Source: Candidatus Eiseniibacteriota bacterium
GTDB taxonomy: Bacteria > Eisenbacteria > RBG-16-71-46 > CAIMUX01 > VGJL01
NCBI GenBank assembly: GCA_041946735.1
Contig: JBHGAY010000033.1
Coordinates: forward strand, 1-53,705
Length of the DNA: 53,705 bases
Direction: 5' to 3'
The notes below the pieces were generated by a model that was not told where the DNA came from, made no database searches, and saw only the letters and a list, made by a program, of their open reading frames with translations. The position numbers and the translations under genes were made by a program. Within the stretch, counting starts at the first letter, position 1, and each line of letters opens with the position of its first letter. Shown here one piece after another: positions 28,497 through 38,174 of the stretch.

Positions 28497-30687
28497 GGAG
28501 CTACGGGCGGCGCTGCTCGCCGACCTGAGCCGCCTCGCCCCCGAAGTGGACAGCGCGTTCGTCGAGCGCGCGATCGACTTCGCGGAGAAGGCGCACGAGG
28601 GGCAGAGACGCGCCTCGGGGGCTCCCTACGTCTCCCATCCGCTCCAGGTCACCCGCATCCTCATCGATCTGCTTCGCCGTCGCGCCGACGCCGAGATCCT
28701 CGCCTCCGCTCTCCTGCATGACGTCGTCGAGGACATCCAGCACATCCGCGTGGCCGACGTCGAAGCGGAGTTCGGCCCCGTGGTCGCGCGCCTCGTCGAC
28801 GGCGTGACGAAGATCGGCGGCCTCCGCTTCCCGGACGCGGAGGTCGAACAGTCCGAGAACTTCCGGAAGATGCTCCTGTCGATGGCGCAGGACATCCGCG
28901 TAATCCTGATCAAGCTCGCCGACCGGCTCCACAACATGCGCACACTGGACTTCCTGCGCGACGCCCAGAAGCGGGAGCGGATCGCGCGCGAGACGAAGGA
29001 GATCTACGCGCCGCTCGCGCACCGGCTCGGCATCGCGCGGTTCAAGTGGGAGCTGGAGGATCTCGCGTTCAAGCATCTGAATCCGGAGGCGTACCGTACG
29101 ATCGCGGCGATGGTCGCGGAGAAGCGGCGCGAGCGCGAGGACGCGATCGAGGAGGTGCTCGCCCCGCTTGCCGGGCGTCTGAAGGAGGAGGGGATCCCGG
29201 CCGAGATCCAGGGCCGCGCGAAGAACTTCGCGTCGATCTGGGAGAAGATGCAGCGGCAGAACGCCCGCTTCGAGGAGATCTACGACCTCCTAGGCATCCG
29301 CGTCATCACGGAGAAGCGGATCGACTGCTACCGGGTCCTGGGGATCGTGCACGACATGTTCATCCCGGTGCACGATCGCTTCAAGGACTACATCGCCACG
29401 CCGAAGAGCAACATGTACCAGTCTCTGCATACGACCGTCATGGCTCCTCCCAACCGGATGGTCGAGATCCAGATCCGCACGCGCGAGATGCATCTCACCA
29501 GCGAGATCGGGATCGCCGCGCACTATCGCTACAAAGAAGGGGGACGCAAGGACGGCGAGCTCGAGCGCAAGCTCGGAGACCTCCTGCTGCGCCGCCCCGT
29601 CGATCTCGACACCGACGAGGCGGACCCGCGCGAGTTCCTCGACATCCTGAAGGTGTCGCTCTACCAGGATGAGGTGTTCGTCTTCACGCCGAAGGGGGAG
29701 CTGAAGCAGCTTCCGCGCGGCTCGACACCGCTCGACTTCGCCTACGCGATCCACTCGGAGGTCGGAAACCGCTGCGTCGGCGCGCGCGTCAACGGCCGGC
29801 TCGTCGCGCTGCGCTATGAGCTGCAAAGCGGCGACACGGTGGAAGTCCTCACGAGCCCATCCGCGCGGCCGAACCAGGATTGGCTCGGCCTCGTGCGGAC
29901 CGGCCGCGCCCGCTCGAAGATCCGCCAGTGGCTGAAGCAGCAGCGCCTCGCCGATTCCGTCGCGCTCGGCCGCGAAATGCTCGCGCGCGAGCTGCGACGG
30001 CGGCGGAAACGGATCCCGGGGGAGGCGGACCTCGACGACATCGCCCAAAGCTTCGGGCAGTCCGACGCATCGGGGCTGCTCGCGAACATCGGCCAAGGCG
30101 ACATTTCCCCGGTCCAGGTCGTCGCGCGCCTCTACCCGGAGCCCTTTGCTCCCCAGCCCCCCGGTCTCTCCGCCGCCGCCCGCCTGAAGCAGCTCGCGCG
30201 CCCGCCGATCCGGGGGATCAAAATCCAGGGGGTCGGCAACGTCATGATCCAGTTCGCGCATTGCTGCGAGCCGGTCCCCGGCGATCCGATCGTCGGCCTG
30301 ATCACGCGCGGGCGCGGGATCTCGGTCCACCAGCAGACCTGTCCGAACATCCTCGACTCGAAGATCGAGAAGGAGCGGGTGCTCGACCTCCAGTGGGACG
30401 TGGAAGGGGAGCCGCTCTTCCCGGTCCGGCTCGAGGTGTCGGGAGACGACCGGCAGAATCTCCTCGCCGAGGTTTCTGCGGCGATCTCGAAGACGAAGAC
30501 GAACATCCGCGAAGGGTCGATGCAGAGCGTCGATTCCGAGGCGCGCGGACACTTCATCGTCGAGGTGCGAAACCGGCGCCAGCTGAACGAGGTGATCCGG
30601 GCCGTGCGGGCGGTGCGGGGGGTGCAAACCGTGGAACGGAAGAACGAAATCGGGGGCAACGGGTCCCCCCTGGAGGAACTGCCGTGA
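28471..30687 (+). CDS. relA: Bifunctional (p)ppGpp synthetase/hydrolase
   Basis: LLHDVVED, KLADRLHNMRTL, YQSLHT, EIQIRT, TGS domain (VFTPKG), CC motif and ACT domain. Confidence 0.96.
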   Translation: MKTHLESVEELRAALLADLSRLAPEVDSAFVERAIDFAEKAHEGQRRASGAPYVSHPLQVTRILIDLLRRRADAEILASALLHDVVEDIQHIRVADVEAEFGPVVARLVDGVTKIGGLRFPDAEVEQSENFRKMLLSMAQDIRVILIKLADRLHNMRTLDFLRDAQKRERIARETKEIYAPLAHRLGIARFKWELEDLAFKHLNPEAYRTIAAMVAEKRREREDAIEEVLAPLAGRLKEEGIPAEIQGRAKNFASIWEKMQRQNARFEEIYDLLGIRVITEKRIDCYRVLGIVHDMFIPVHDRFKDYIATPKSNMYQSLHTTVMAPPNRMVEIQIRTREMHLTSEIGIAAHYRYKEGGRKDGELERKLGDLLLRRPVDLDTDEADPREFLDILKVSLYQDEVFVFTPKGELKQLPRGSTPLDFAYAIHSEVGNRCVGARVNGRLVALRYELQSGDTVEVLTSPSARPNQDWLGLVRTGRARSKIRQWLKQQRLADSVALGREMLARELRRRRKRIPGEADLDDIAQSFGQSDASGLLANIGQGDISPVQVVARLYPEPFAPQPPGLSAAARLKQLARPPIRGIKIQGVGNVMIQFAHCCEPVPGDPIVGLITRGRGISVHQQTCPNILDSKIEKERVLDLQWDVEGEPLFPVRLEVSGDDRQNLLAEVSAAISKTKTNIREGSMQSVDSEARGHFIVEVRNRRQLNEVIRAVRAVRGVQTVERKNEIGGNGSPLEELP

Positions 30688-31310
30688 GAGCGAGATCCTT
30701 ACATCGGATGCTGCTGCTCCTCCCGTTCGCGATCGTGCTCGAAGTCCTTGTTCCCGGTCCCGTCGTCGCCGCGACGCAGATCGGGATCCGCGGCGGATGG
30801 AGCCATGCCTCGCGCGACGTCTTCCCCGGCAGCGGGGACCTCGGTGGATCGGGCCTCTACGGATTCACCGGATCGATCGGACTGCTGCCGATGCTCGACG
30901 TCGAGTTCGCCTACGAGCGCTACACGAACGACTTCTCGTTCGACAGCGCCCATTTCGAAGACACCCTCTTCGGCGGGAAGGGGAGCTACGAGGATCAGGC
31001 GTACCTCGTGACCGGAAAGCTGCACCTGCCGTTCCTTGCCGCTCCGTTCGGCCTCTACGCGGGCGGAGGGGGCAGCCTCCACCACATCAACTTCCACGTG
31101 ACGGCCGCCGACGACTCGTTCGACGACATCGCGGACCAGCTCGGCGACGAGCGCAACGAATGGGAGTGGCACATCGTGGCCGGATCGTCGTTCCGGATCC
31201 CGGTGCTCCCGGTGGCCGCCTACGCGGAATACCGCTTCCAGAACGTCTCTGGCAACGGCGCTCCCCGCTATCACTCGATCTACGGCGGGCTGAATCTCGT
31301 GTTCGAGTGA
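30684..31310 (+). CDS. Outer-membrane beta-barrel protein (OMP_b-brl-like)
   Basis: GTG start overlapping the relA stop; signal peptide; amphipathic strands (LYAGGGG, AYAEYRF, YGGLNLVFE). Confidence 0.75.
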   Translation: MRARSLHRMLLLLPFAIVLEVLVPGPVVAATQIGIRGGWSHASRDVFPGSGDLGGSGLYGFTGSIGLLPMLDVEFAYERYTNDFSFDSAHFEDTLFGGKGSYEDQAYLVTGKLHLPFLAAPFGLYAGGGGSLHHINFHVTAADDSFDDIADQLGDERNEWEWHIVAGSSFRIPVLPVAAYAEYRFQNVSGNGAPRYHSIYGGLNLVFE

Positions 31311-31317
31311 CCGCCGG

Positions 31318-31803
31318 ATGCTGGCCGTACTGCAAAGGGTGACCCAGGCTTCGGTCCGGACGGAGGGACGCCACGAAGCGATCGGGCGCGGCGTCCTCGT
31401 CCTGCTTGGCGTCGCGCAGGGCGACGGCGAGGAGGACGCGAACTGGCTCGCCGAGAAATGCGCCACGCTCCGCTTCTTCAACGACGCGGAAGGAAAGATG
31501 AACATCGGGCTCGACGAGATCGGCGGAGAAGCGCTTGTCATCAGCCAGTTCACTCTCCTTGGGGACTGCGAGAAGGGGAGGCGGCCGAGCTTCTCGCACG
31601 CCGCTCCCCCCGAAGAAGCGGAGCGCCTCTACGAGTCGTTCGTCGCGCGGCTCTCGGCGCTCGGCATCCCGTGCCGCACGGGAGTCTTCGGCGCCATGAT
31701 GCAGGTCTCGCTCGTCAACGACGGGCCGGTCACGCTCCTCCTCGATTCCCGCTCGTGGAAGGAGCGGCGCCAGGCGAAGCGGGCGGCGAAGGAGTCGCCA
31801 TGA
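31318..31803 (+). CDS. dtd: D-aminoacyl-tRNA deacylase
   Basis: LQRV, SQFTL, GRRPSF, FGAMMQVSLVNDGPVT. Confidence 0.96.
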   Translation: MLAVLQRVTQASVRTEGRHEAIGRGVLVLLGVAQGDGEEDANWLAEKCATLRFFNDAEGKMNIGLDEIGGEALVISQFTLLGDCEKGRRPSFSHAAPPEEAERLYESFVARLSALGIPCRTGVFGAMMQVSLVNDGPVTLLLDSRSWKERRQAKRAAKESP

Positions 31804-32447
31804 GCGCGAGCGGAGGCGGTCCGGAGCCCGGCGCCAGCACCAGCGTGGGAGCGCGCCTGCTCGGCATCGGCGGAGAGCCGCTGATCCTCGCCTCCCTCTC
31901 GCCGCGCCGGCGCGAGCTGCTGCGGATGCTGGGCCTGCGCTACGAGACGCTCGTCCCCGATGTCCTCGAGGGCGATCGCGGGCCGGAGGAGCCGCCCGAG
32001 CGTTACGTCGAGCGACTGGCGCGCGCGAAGGCGTGCTGGGTTCCGAAGGGGCTGCCCGGCTACGCCGTCCTCGCCGCCGACACGATCGTCCATCACGATG
32101 GGGAGGTCCTCGAGAAGCCGGGCGACGCGGATCATGCACGCGCCCTGCTCCGCCGCCTCTCCGGCGCGTGGCACGAGGTGTTCACCGGCGTCTGCCTCCG
32201 CCGCCTCTCCGACGAACGGATCGTCACGGGGCACGAGCTCAGCCGGGTGCTCTTCTCCCCGCTCGACGAGGAGACGATCGAGGCTTACGTTGCGACGGGG
32301 GAGCCGATGGACAAGGCCGGCGGCTACGGGATCCAGGGCTACGGAGGGCTGCTCGTGTCGCGGATCGAGGGGTGCTACTTCAACGTGATGGGATTGCCGC
32401 TGCCGCGCCTGCGCCGGCTCGCGCACGAGCTGGAGGGACAGGCGTGA
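31800..32447 (+). CDS. maf: Maf family nucleotide pyrophosphatase
   Basis: LASLSPRRRELL, AADTIV, EKP, DKAGGYGIQG, NVMGLP. Confidence 0.94.
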   Translation: MSASGGGPEPGASTSVGARLLGIGGEPLILASLSPRRRELLRMLGLRYETLVPDVLEGDRGPEEPPERYVERLARAKACWVPKGLPGYAVLAADTIVHHDGEVLEKPGDADHARALLRRLSGAWHEVFTGVCLRRLSDERIVTGHELSRVLFSPLDEETIEAYVATGEPMDKAGGYGIQGYGGLLVSRIEGCYFNVMGLPLPRLRRLAHELEGQA

Positions 32448-33556
32448 CCGCCGCGCCGGTCGCGCCGGCCGCTCCGATCGAGACGATCCGCTGGATCGAC
32501 GGCGGGACGGTCCGCATCCTCGACCAGACCCGCCTCCCGCGCCAGGAGACCCACGTCGAGATCGCGACGCCGATGGACATGGTCCGAGCCATCCGCTCGC
32601 TCGCGATCCGCGGCGCCCCGGCGCTCGGTGTGGCGGGCGCCTACGCGCTCGCGCTCGCCGCCCAGCGCGCCCTCGAAGCGCACCGCGACCCGGCGGCGGC
32701 CGTCCGCCGCTCCGCCCGATACGTCCGCGACGCTCGCCCGACCGCAGTCAACCTGTCGGTCGGCGTCGATCGCGCGCTTGCCGCCGTGGGTGAGGCGGCT
32801 GCCCGGGATGCCTCCCCGCCGGAGATCGTCGAGGCGACCCGCCGGGCGGGCGACCGGCTCCTCGAGGAGGATCTCGAAGCGTCGCGCCGCATGGCCGCCG
32901 CCGGGCTTCCCTTGATCCCGCGCGGCAAGCCGGTCCTGACGCACTGCAACACCGGAGCCCTCGCGACGGCCGGCGGCGGCACCGCGCTCGCCGTCGCGCG
33001 CGTTGCCGCCCTGGCGCGCCACGTCCCCGAAGTCCTGGTGGACGAGACGAGGCCGCTCCTGCAAGGCGGACGGCTGACCCTCTGGGAGCTGCGCCGGGAA
33101 GGGATCGCCGCCCGCCTGCTCTGCGACGGCGCCGCCGCGTTCGCGATGCGCCGCCTGGGCGTCGGCTGCGTCCTGGTCGGCGCCGACCGGATCGCGGCCA
33201 ATGGCGACACCGCGAACAAGATCGGCACCTTCGCCTTGTCGCTCGCCGCGGCCGCCCACGACGTCCCGTTCTACGTCGTCGCCCCGTGGACGACGATCGA
33301 CCCCTCGATCCCCGACGGGGAGGCGATCCAGGTCGAGGAGCGGTCCCCCTCCGAGATCGCCCGCGCCTCCGGCTGGGGCAACCCGCCTCCGCCCGCCTGG
33401 AATCCGGCGTTCGACGTGACCCCGGCCTCGCGCATCACCGCCTGGGTGACCGACCGGGGGGTCGTCCGGCCGCCCTTTTCGGCGGAATTCTTCCCCGATT
33501 CCGATCCCGCGGCCGGGGATCCTGCCCACGGCAGGGAGGCCGAACGGTTCTCTTGA
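32444..33556 (+). CDS. mtnA: S-methyl-5-thioribose-1-phosphate isomerase
   Basis: LDQTRLP, IRGAPA, RPTAVNL, THCNTGALAT, ETRPLLQGGRLT, GADRIAANGDTANKIGT, NPAFDVTP. Confidence 0.95.
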   Translation: MTAAPVAPAAPIETIRWIDGGTVRILDQTRLPRQETHVEIATPMDMVRAIRSLAIRGAPALGVAGAYALALAAQRALEAHRDPAAAVRRSARYVRDARPTAVNLSVGVDRALAAVGEAAARDASPPEIVEATRRAGDRLLEEDLEASRRMAAAGLPLIPRGKPVLTHCNTGALATAGGGTALAVARVAALARHVPEVLVDETRPLLQGGRLTLWELRREGIAARLLCDGAAAFAMRRLGVGCVLVGADRIAANGDTANKIGTFALSLAAAAHDVPFYVVAPWTTIDPSIPDGEAIQVEERSPSEIARASGWGNPPPPAWNPAFDVTPASRITAWVTDRGVVRPPFSAEFFPDSDPAAGDPAHGREAERFS

Positions 33557-33581
33557 CATCCGCCTGCTCACCTCGTATCTT
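33553..33581 (+). promoter_or_regulatory. Sigma70 promoter of the rplM-rpsI operon
   Basis: TTGACA-N17-TATCTT. Confidence 0.7.
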
Positions 33582-33632
33582 GTGCTTTTTGCACACAATA
33601 TCCGGTTACATCGGAACGGAGGATCGGGAGAG

Positions 33633-34103
33633 ATGGCGACCTACGCCACCAAGGCCTCGGACATCGCGCGCCAATGGCACGTCATCGATGCCGAGGGGCA
33701 AGTCCTCGGGAGGCTGGCCAGCGAAGCGGCCTATCTGCTCCGCGGCAAGCACAAGCCGAATTACGTCCCCTATCTCGACGTCGGGGACCATGTGATCATC
33801 GTCAACGCGGCGAAGTTCCGCCTGACCGGCCGGAAGATGGAGCAGAAGACCTATTTCCATCACACCGGCTATCCGGGCGGCGCGCGCGTGCGAGGCGTCG
33901 CCTTCCGCATGAAGAAGCATCCGTCCGAAGTCGTTCGCGACGCGGTGTGGGGCATGCTTCCGAAGGGACCGCTCGGCAGGCAGATGATCCGCAAGCTGAA
34001 GATTTACGAAGGGCCCGAGCATCCGCACGTGGCGCAGCAGGCGAAGCCCTTCGAGCTCGGCCGGCGCATGATGATGACGGCGCCGACGGCCGGAAACGAG
34101 TAG
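33633..34103 (+). CDS. rplM: 50S ribosomal protein L13
   Basis: WHVIDAEGQVLGRLAS, LRGKHKP, GDHVIIVNA, HTGYPGG, GMLPK. Confidence 0.97.
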   Translation: MATYATKASDIARQWHVIDAEGQVLGRLASEAAYLLRGKHKPNYVPYLDVGDHVIIVNAAKFRLTGRKMEQKTYFHHTGYPGGARVRGVAFRMKKHPSEVVRDAVWGMLPKGPLGRQMIRKLKIYEGPEHPHVAQQAKPFELGRRMMMTAPTAGNE

Positions 34104-34116
34104 GGGGTAGAGCCGG

Positions 34117-34512
34117 ATGGTCCAGAAGCAGGTGCTCCAGGCGACCGGTCGCCGCAAGACCTCGGTGGCCCGTGTTCGTCTCGTCAATGGATCGGGGAAA
34201 GGACTGATCAACGGCAGGGATCCGATGCAGTACTTCGGTCGCGAGAGCCTCGTGGTTCTCGCCACCTCGCCTCTGCGCTCCACCGAGACGGACGGGCGCT
34301 ACGACTTCCTCGCCACCGTCGACGGCGGCGGATTGACCGGACAGGCGGGGGCGGTGCGTATGGCCGTCGCTCGCGCGCTCAAGGAGGCGGACGCCGCCTT
34401 CAAGCCGGCCCTCGACAGGGACGGGCACCTCACGCGCGATCCGAGAATGAAGGAGCGCAAGAAGTACGGGCAGCCGGGCGCGCGCAAGCGCTTCCAGTTC
34501 TCCAAGCGCTGA
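34117..34512 (+). CDS. rpsI: 30S ribosomal protein S9
   Basis: TGRRKTSVARV, GGGLTGQAGA, ERKKYGQPGARKRFQFSKR. Confidence 0.98.
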   Translation: MVQKQVLQATGRRKTSVARVRLVNGSGKGLINGRDPMQYFGRESLVVLATSPLRSTETDGRYDFLATVDGGGLTGQAGAVRMAVARALKEADAAFKPALDRDGHLTRDPRMKERKKYGQPGARKRFQFSKR

Positions 34513-34525
34513 TCGATTTCGTTTC

Positions 34526-34590
34526 ATCACACACGCTCCTCGCGTAGTTGCCCTGAAGGGGTCGGAGGAGCGGAGGCTCAAACTACGCAC
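34526..34590 (+). promoter_or_regulatory. rpsB leader (t44 / S2 autoregulatory RNA)
   Basis: CACACACG...TGCCC-N4-GGGGTCGG...GGAGGC..AAC layout directly upstream of rpsB. Stem cgctcct/aggagcg and pseudoknot GCGTAGTT/AACTACGC. Confidence 0.8.
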
Positions 34591-34604
34591 GGTCGGGAGG
34601 GACC

Positions 34605-35354
34605 ATGGCCAGTGTCGCAATGAAGGATCTTCTGGAGGCGGGGGTGCACTTCGGGCACCAGACCCGTCGCTGGAATCCGAAGATGAAGAAGTACATCTTC
34701 CTCGAGCGCAACGGCATCCACATCATCGATCTCCAGCAGACGGTGAAGTGCGTCGACGCCGCGAGGGATGCGGTCGTACGGGTAGGGCGCAACAACGACT
34801 CCATCCTTTTCGTCGGGACCAAGAAGCAGGCGAAGGAAGTGGTGAAGGAGGAGTCGCTGCGCTGCGGCAACTTCTATGTCAACGAACGGTGGCTCGGCGG
34901 GATGTTGACGAACTTCCAGACGATCAAGATGAGCATCCGCTACCTGCGGAGCCTGGAGCGCATGCGCGAGGACGGGACTTTCGAGAAGCTCTCCAAGAAG
35001 GAGGTCGCGAAGCTCGAGAAGCAGCGCGTCCGCCTGGAGAAGAACTTCGCCGGCATCAAGGAGATGAACCGTCTCCCCGGCATGCTCTTCGTGGTCGACA
35101 CCAAGCGCGAGCGCATCGCGGTGCTCGAGGCGAAGCGGCTCGGCATCCCGGTCATCGGGATCGTCGACACCAACTGCGATCCCGAGGAGGTCGACTATCC
35201 GATTCCGGGCAACGACGACGCGATCCGCTCGATCCGTCTCTTCGCCCGCGCGGTCAGCGACACCGTGCTCGAGACCAAGGCATCGATGACCGCGGCGGCC
35301 CGGGAGGCCGAGGCGGCCGGACAGAAGACCACCGAGGCGGGCGCCGTCGCGTGA
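34605..35354 (+). CDS. rpsB: 30S ribosomal protein S2
   Basis: [40 protein letters not shown]. Confidence 0.98.
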   Translation: MASVAMKDLLEAGVHFGHQTRRWNPKMKKYIFLERNGIHIIDLQQTVKCVDAARDAVVRVGRNNDSILFVGTKKQAKEVVKEESLRCGNFYVNERWLGGMLTNFQTIKMSIRYLRSLERMREDGTFEKLSKKEVAKLEKQRVRLEKNFAGIKEMNRLPGMLFVVDTKRERIAVLEAKRLGIPVIGIVDTNCDPEEVDYPIPGNDDAIRSIRLFARAVSDTVLETKASMTAAAREAEAAGQKTTEAGAVA

Positions 35355-35391
35355 CGCGGCCGGGACCCGGGGCAGGGGAGGAGTAGGGAAC

Positions 35392-35997
35392 GTGGCGATC
35401 GAGATCAGTGCGGAGATGGTCAAGCAGCTCCGCGAGCGCACGGGCGCCGGAATGATGCAGTGCAAGAAGGCTCTCTCCGAGTCGTCCGGCAACATGGAGC
35501 AGGCGATCGACATCCTCCGCAGAATGGGGATCGCGCAGGCGGCCAAGCGGGCCGAGCGCATCGCCGCCGAGGGAGTCATCGAGGCGTACGTCCACGCCGG
35601 CTCGAAGATCGGCGTCCTCGTCGAGCTGAACAGCGAGACCGATTTCGTCGCGCGGACCGACGATTTCAGGAAGCTCGCCCACGACGTCGCGCTCCAGGTG
35701 GCGGCCACCGCCCCGCGTTGGGTGTCGGTGGAGGACGTGCCGGCCGAGAGCGTCGAAGCGGAAAAGGCGGAGATCGCCAAGCGCCTCTCGGCCGAGGGAG
35801 TGCCGGCGTCCGAAATGCAGGAGCGGGCCGCCAAGGAGCTCGAGCGCTTCTACGCGGAGCAGGTCCTGCTTCGCCAGCCCAACATCCGTGATGGCAGCCG
35901 GACGATCGGGGAAATGGTGACCGACCTCGCCGGCAAGCTGGGGGAGAACATCCGCGTGCGCCGCTTCTCCTACTTCCGCCTCGGCGAGTCCGACTAG
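35392..35997 (+). CDS. tsf: Elongation factor Ts (short, about 200-aa form)
   Basis: [39 protein letters not shown]. Confidence 0.97.
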   Translation: MAIEISAEMVKQLRERTGAGMMQCKKALSESSGNMEQAIDILRRMGIAQAAKRAERIAAEGVIEAYVHAGSKIGVLVELNSETDFVARTDDFRKLAHDVALQVAATAPRWVSVEDVPAESVEAEKAEIAKRLSAEGVPASEMQERAAKELERFYAEQVLLRQPNIRDGSRTIGEMVTDLAGKLGENIRVRRFSYFRLGESD

Positions 35998-36002
35998 CTC
36001 CG

Positions 36003-36743
36003 ATGGACTCGCATCCGGAACGGGTGCTGACACCTCGCCCCACCTGGACGCGCGTTCTTCTGAAACTCAGCGGCGAGATCCTCGCCGGGCAAGCGGGCTT
36101 CGGTCTCGATCACGGCACGATCCGCTCGATCGCGGAGCAGATCGGCCATGTCCGCGAAGCGGGGATCGAGATCGCCGTCGTTCTCGGGGGAGGCAACATC
36201 TTCCGCGGGAGCGAGGCGGCGCGCACCGGGATGTCCCGGGCGGGCGCCGACATGATCGGAATGCTCGGGACCGTCATCAACGCGTTGGCGCTTCAGGAAC
36301 ACCTGGAGCGCCTCGGCTTTTATACGCGAGTCCTGAGCGCGATCAAGATGGAGCAGGTCGCCGAGCCGTTCATTCGCCGCCGCGCGATGCGCCATCTCGA
36401 GAAGGGGCGCGTCGTGATCCTCGCCGCGGGCAGCGGCAATCCCTACTTCACGACCGACACCGCCGCGGTGCTCCGCGCCATCGAGTGCGGGTGCGAGGTC
36501 GTCCTGAAGGGGACGAAGGTCGATGGGATCCACACGGCCGACCCCGTGCACCATCCCGATGCGCAGCGCCTGCCGCTCCTGACCTACGAGCAAGTGTTGT
36601 CGCAGAACCTCAGGGTGATGGATCTCACCGCCATCACTCTGTGCATGGAGAACAAGCTGCCGATCGTCGTGTTCGACGTCCAGGTCCCCGGCAATCTGAT
36701 GAAGGTGGTCACCGGAGAGCCGCTCGGGACGCTGGTCCAGTAG
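36003..36743 (+). CDS. pyrH: UMP kinase
   Basis: [32 protein letters not shown]. Confidence 0.97.
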   Translation: MDSHPERVLTPRPTWTRVLLKLSGEILAGQAGFGLDHGTIRSIAEQIGHVREAGIEIAVVLGGGNIFRGSEAARTGMSRAGADMIGMLGTVINALALQEHLERLGFYTRVLSAIKMEQVAEPFIRRRAMRHLEKGRVVILAAGSGNPYFTTDTAAVLRAIECGCEVVLKGTKVDGIHTADPVHHPDAQRLPLLTYEQVLSQNLRVMDLTAITLCMENKLPIVVFDVQVPGNLMKVVTGEPLGTLVQ

Positions 36744-36759
36744 CCGCGAGGGGGATCCG

Positions 36760-37320
36760 ATGCCGATGAAGGAACGCATTGCCGACGCCGAGGGACGCAT
36801 GAACAAGTCGATCGAGTCGCTGAAGAACGACCTGCTCGCCATCCGCACCGGCAAGGCGACGCCGAGCCTGCTCGACACCGTTCGGGTGGAGGCGTACGGC
36901 TCGCAGATGCCGCTCTCCCAAGTCGCCTCCATCTCCGCGCCGCAGCCGCGCATGCTGGTCGTCCAGCTCTGGGACCGGTCCCTTCAGCAGGCGGTCCTGA
37001 AGGGGATCCAGAAGGCCGATCTTGGCCTGAACCCCTCCGACGAAGGGGAACTGATCCGCGTGCCGATCCCGGCGCTAACCGAGGAGCGCCGCAACGAGCT
37101 GGTGAAGAAGGTCAAGAAGCTCGGCGAGGAGACGAAGGTCGCAATCCGCAACGTCCGCCGCGACGCCAACGAGGAGATCAAGAAGCTCCTGAAGGACGGT
37201 CAGATCAGCGAGGACGATTCCCGCCGCGGCGTGCAGGACGTCCAGAAGCTGACCGACCGCTCGATCGAGACCGTCGACGAGATCCTCTCCCGCAAGGAGA
37301 AGGAGATCCTCGAGATCTAG
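36760..37320 (+). CDS. frr: Ribosome recycling factor
   Basis: IRTGKA, P.LTEERR, AIRNVRRDAN, VQKLTD. Confidence 0.97.
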   Translation: MPMKERIADAEGRMNKSIESLKNDLLAIRTGKATPSLLDTVRVEAYGSQMPLSQVASISAPQPRMLVVQLWDRSLQQAVLKGIQKADLGLNPSDEGELIRVPIPALTEERRNELVKKVKKLGEETKVAIRNVRRDANEEIKKLLKDGQISEDDSRRGVQDVQKLTDRSIETVDEILSRKEKEILEI

Positions 37321-37406
37321 CTCCGGCCGCGCGAAACGCGACGCGCGCGGAGCGCCCTTGACGCGCGCTCCGCGCGGCTCCTAGTCTTCGCTTCGAAGAG
37401 GACCCG

Positions 37407-38174
37407 ATGGAAGAAGCGGCCAAGCGGCGGACGGAAGAGATCCTGTCCCGCGGGAACCTTCCCCGGCACATCGCGATCATCATGGACGGCAACGGGCGCT
37501 GGGCGACCCGCCAGGGCCTGCCCCGGATCGCGGGGCATCGCGCCGGGCGCCGGTCGGTTCGCGAGGCGGTCGAGGGGTGCGTCGAGCTGGGGATCCAGTA
37601 CCTCACGCTCTACACCTTCTCGATCGAGAACTGGAAGCGCCCCGCGTACGAGGTGCAAGCGCTCATGACCTTCCTGGGCCAGGTTCTGCGGGAGGAGCGC
37701 GCCGAGCTCGATCGCAACAACGTCTCGCTCGCCGCATGGGGACGGCTCGACGAGCTTCCCGCTCCGGTTCGTCGGGAGCTGGACCGCGCGATCGAGGCGC
37801 TTCGCTCGAACACCGGCCTGAAGCTGCACCTCGCCCTCTCCTACGGCGGGCGTGCCGAGATCGTCGACGCGGTCCGCCGCATCGCGGAGGAGGTCGCCGC
37901 CGGACGCCTCGATCCCGCCGCGATCGACGAGGAGCGCTTCGCTTCCTTCCTCTACACCGCCGGCACCCCCTGCCCCGACCTCCTGATCCGCACGAGCGGC
38001 GAGATGCGGGTCTCGAACTTCCTGCTCTGGCAGCTCGCCTATTCCGAGATGTACGTCACCGACGTCCTCTGGCCGGACTTCCGCAAGGAGCATCTCGAGG
38101 AGGCGATCATCGCCTACCAGGGGCGAGACCGACGCTTTGGCCGCGTCGATCCGGCGCGCGCCGTAGCGGGATGA
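37407..38174 (+). CDS. uppS: Undecaprenyl diphosphate synthase
   Basis: HIAIIMDGNGRWA, FSIENWKRP, YGGR, DLLIRTSGEMRVSNFLLWQ. Confidence 0.97.
   Translation: MEEAAKRRTEEILSRGNLPRHIAIIMDGNGRWATRQGLPRIAGHRAGRRSVREAVEGCVELGIQYLTLYTFSIENWKRPAYEVQALMTFLGQVLREERAELDRNNVSLAAWGRLDELPAPVRRELDRAIEALRSNTGLKLHLALSYGGRAEIVDAVRRIAEEVAAGRLDPAAIDEERFASFLYTAGTPCPDLLIRTSGEMRVSNFLLWQLAYSEMYVTDVLWPDFRKEHLEEAIIAYQGRDRRFGRVDPARAVAG

Noticed and set aside
35392..35997. Short EF-Ts as a possible truncation
   Set aside because: The roughly 200-aa form is a known natural variant, and both termini look intact.
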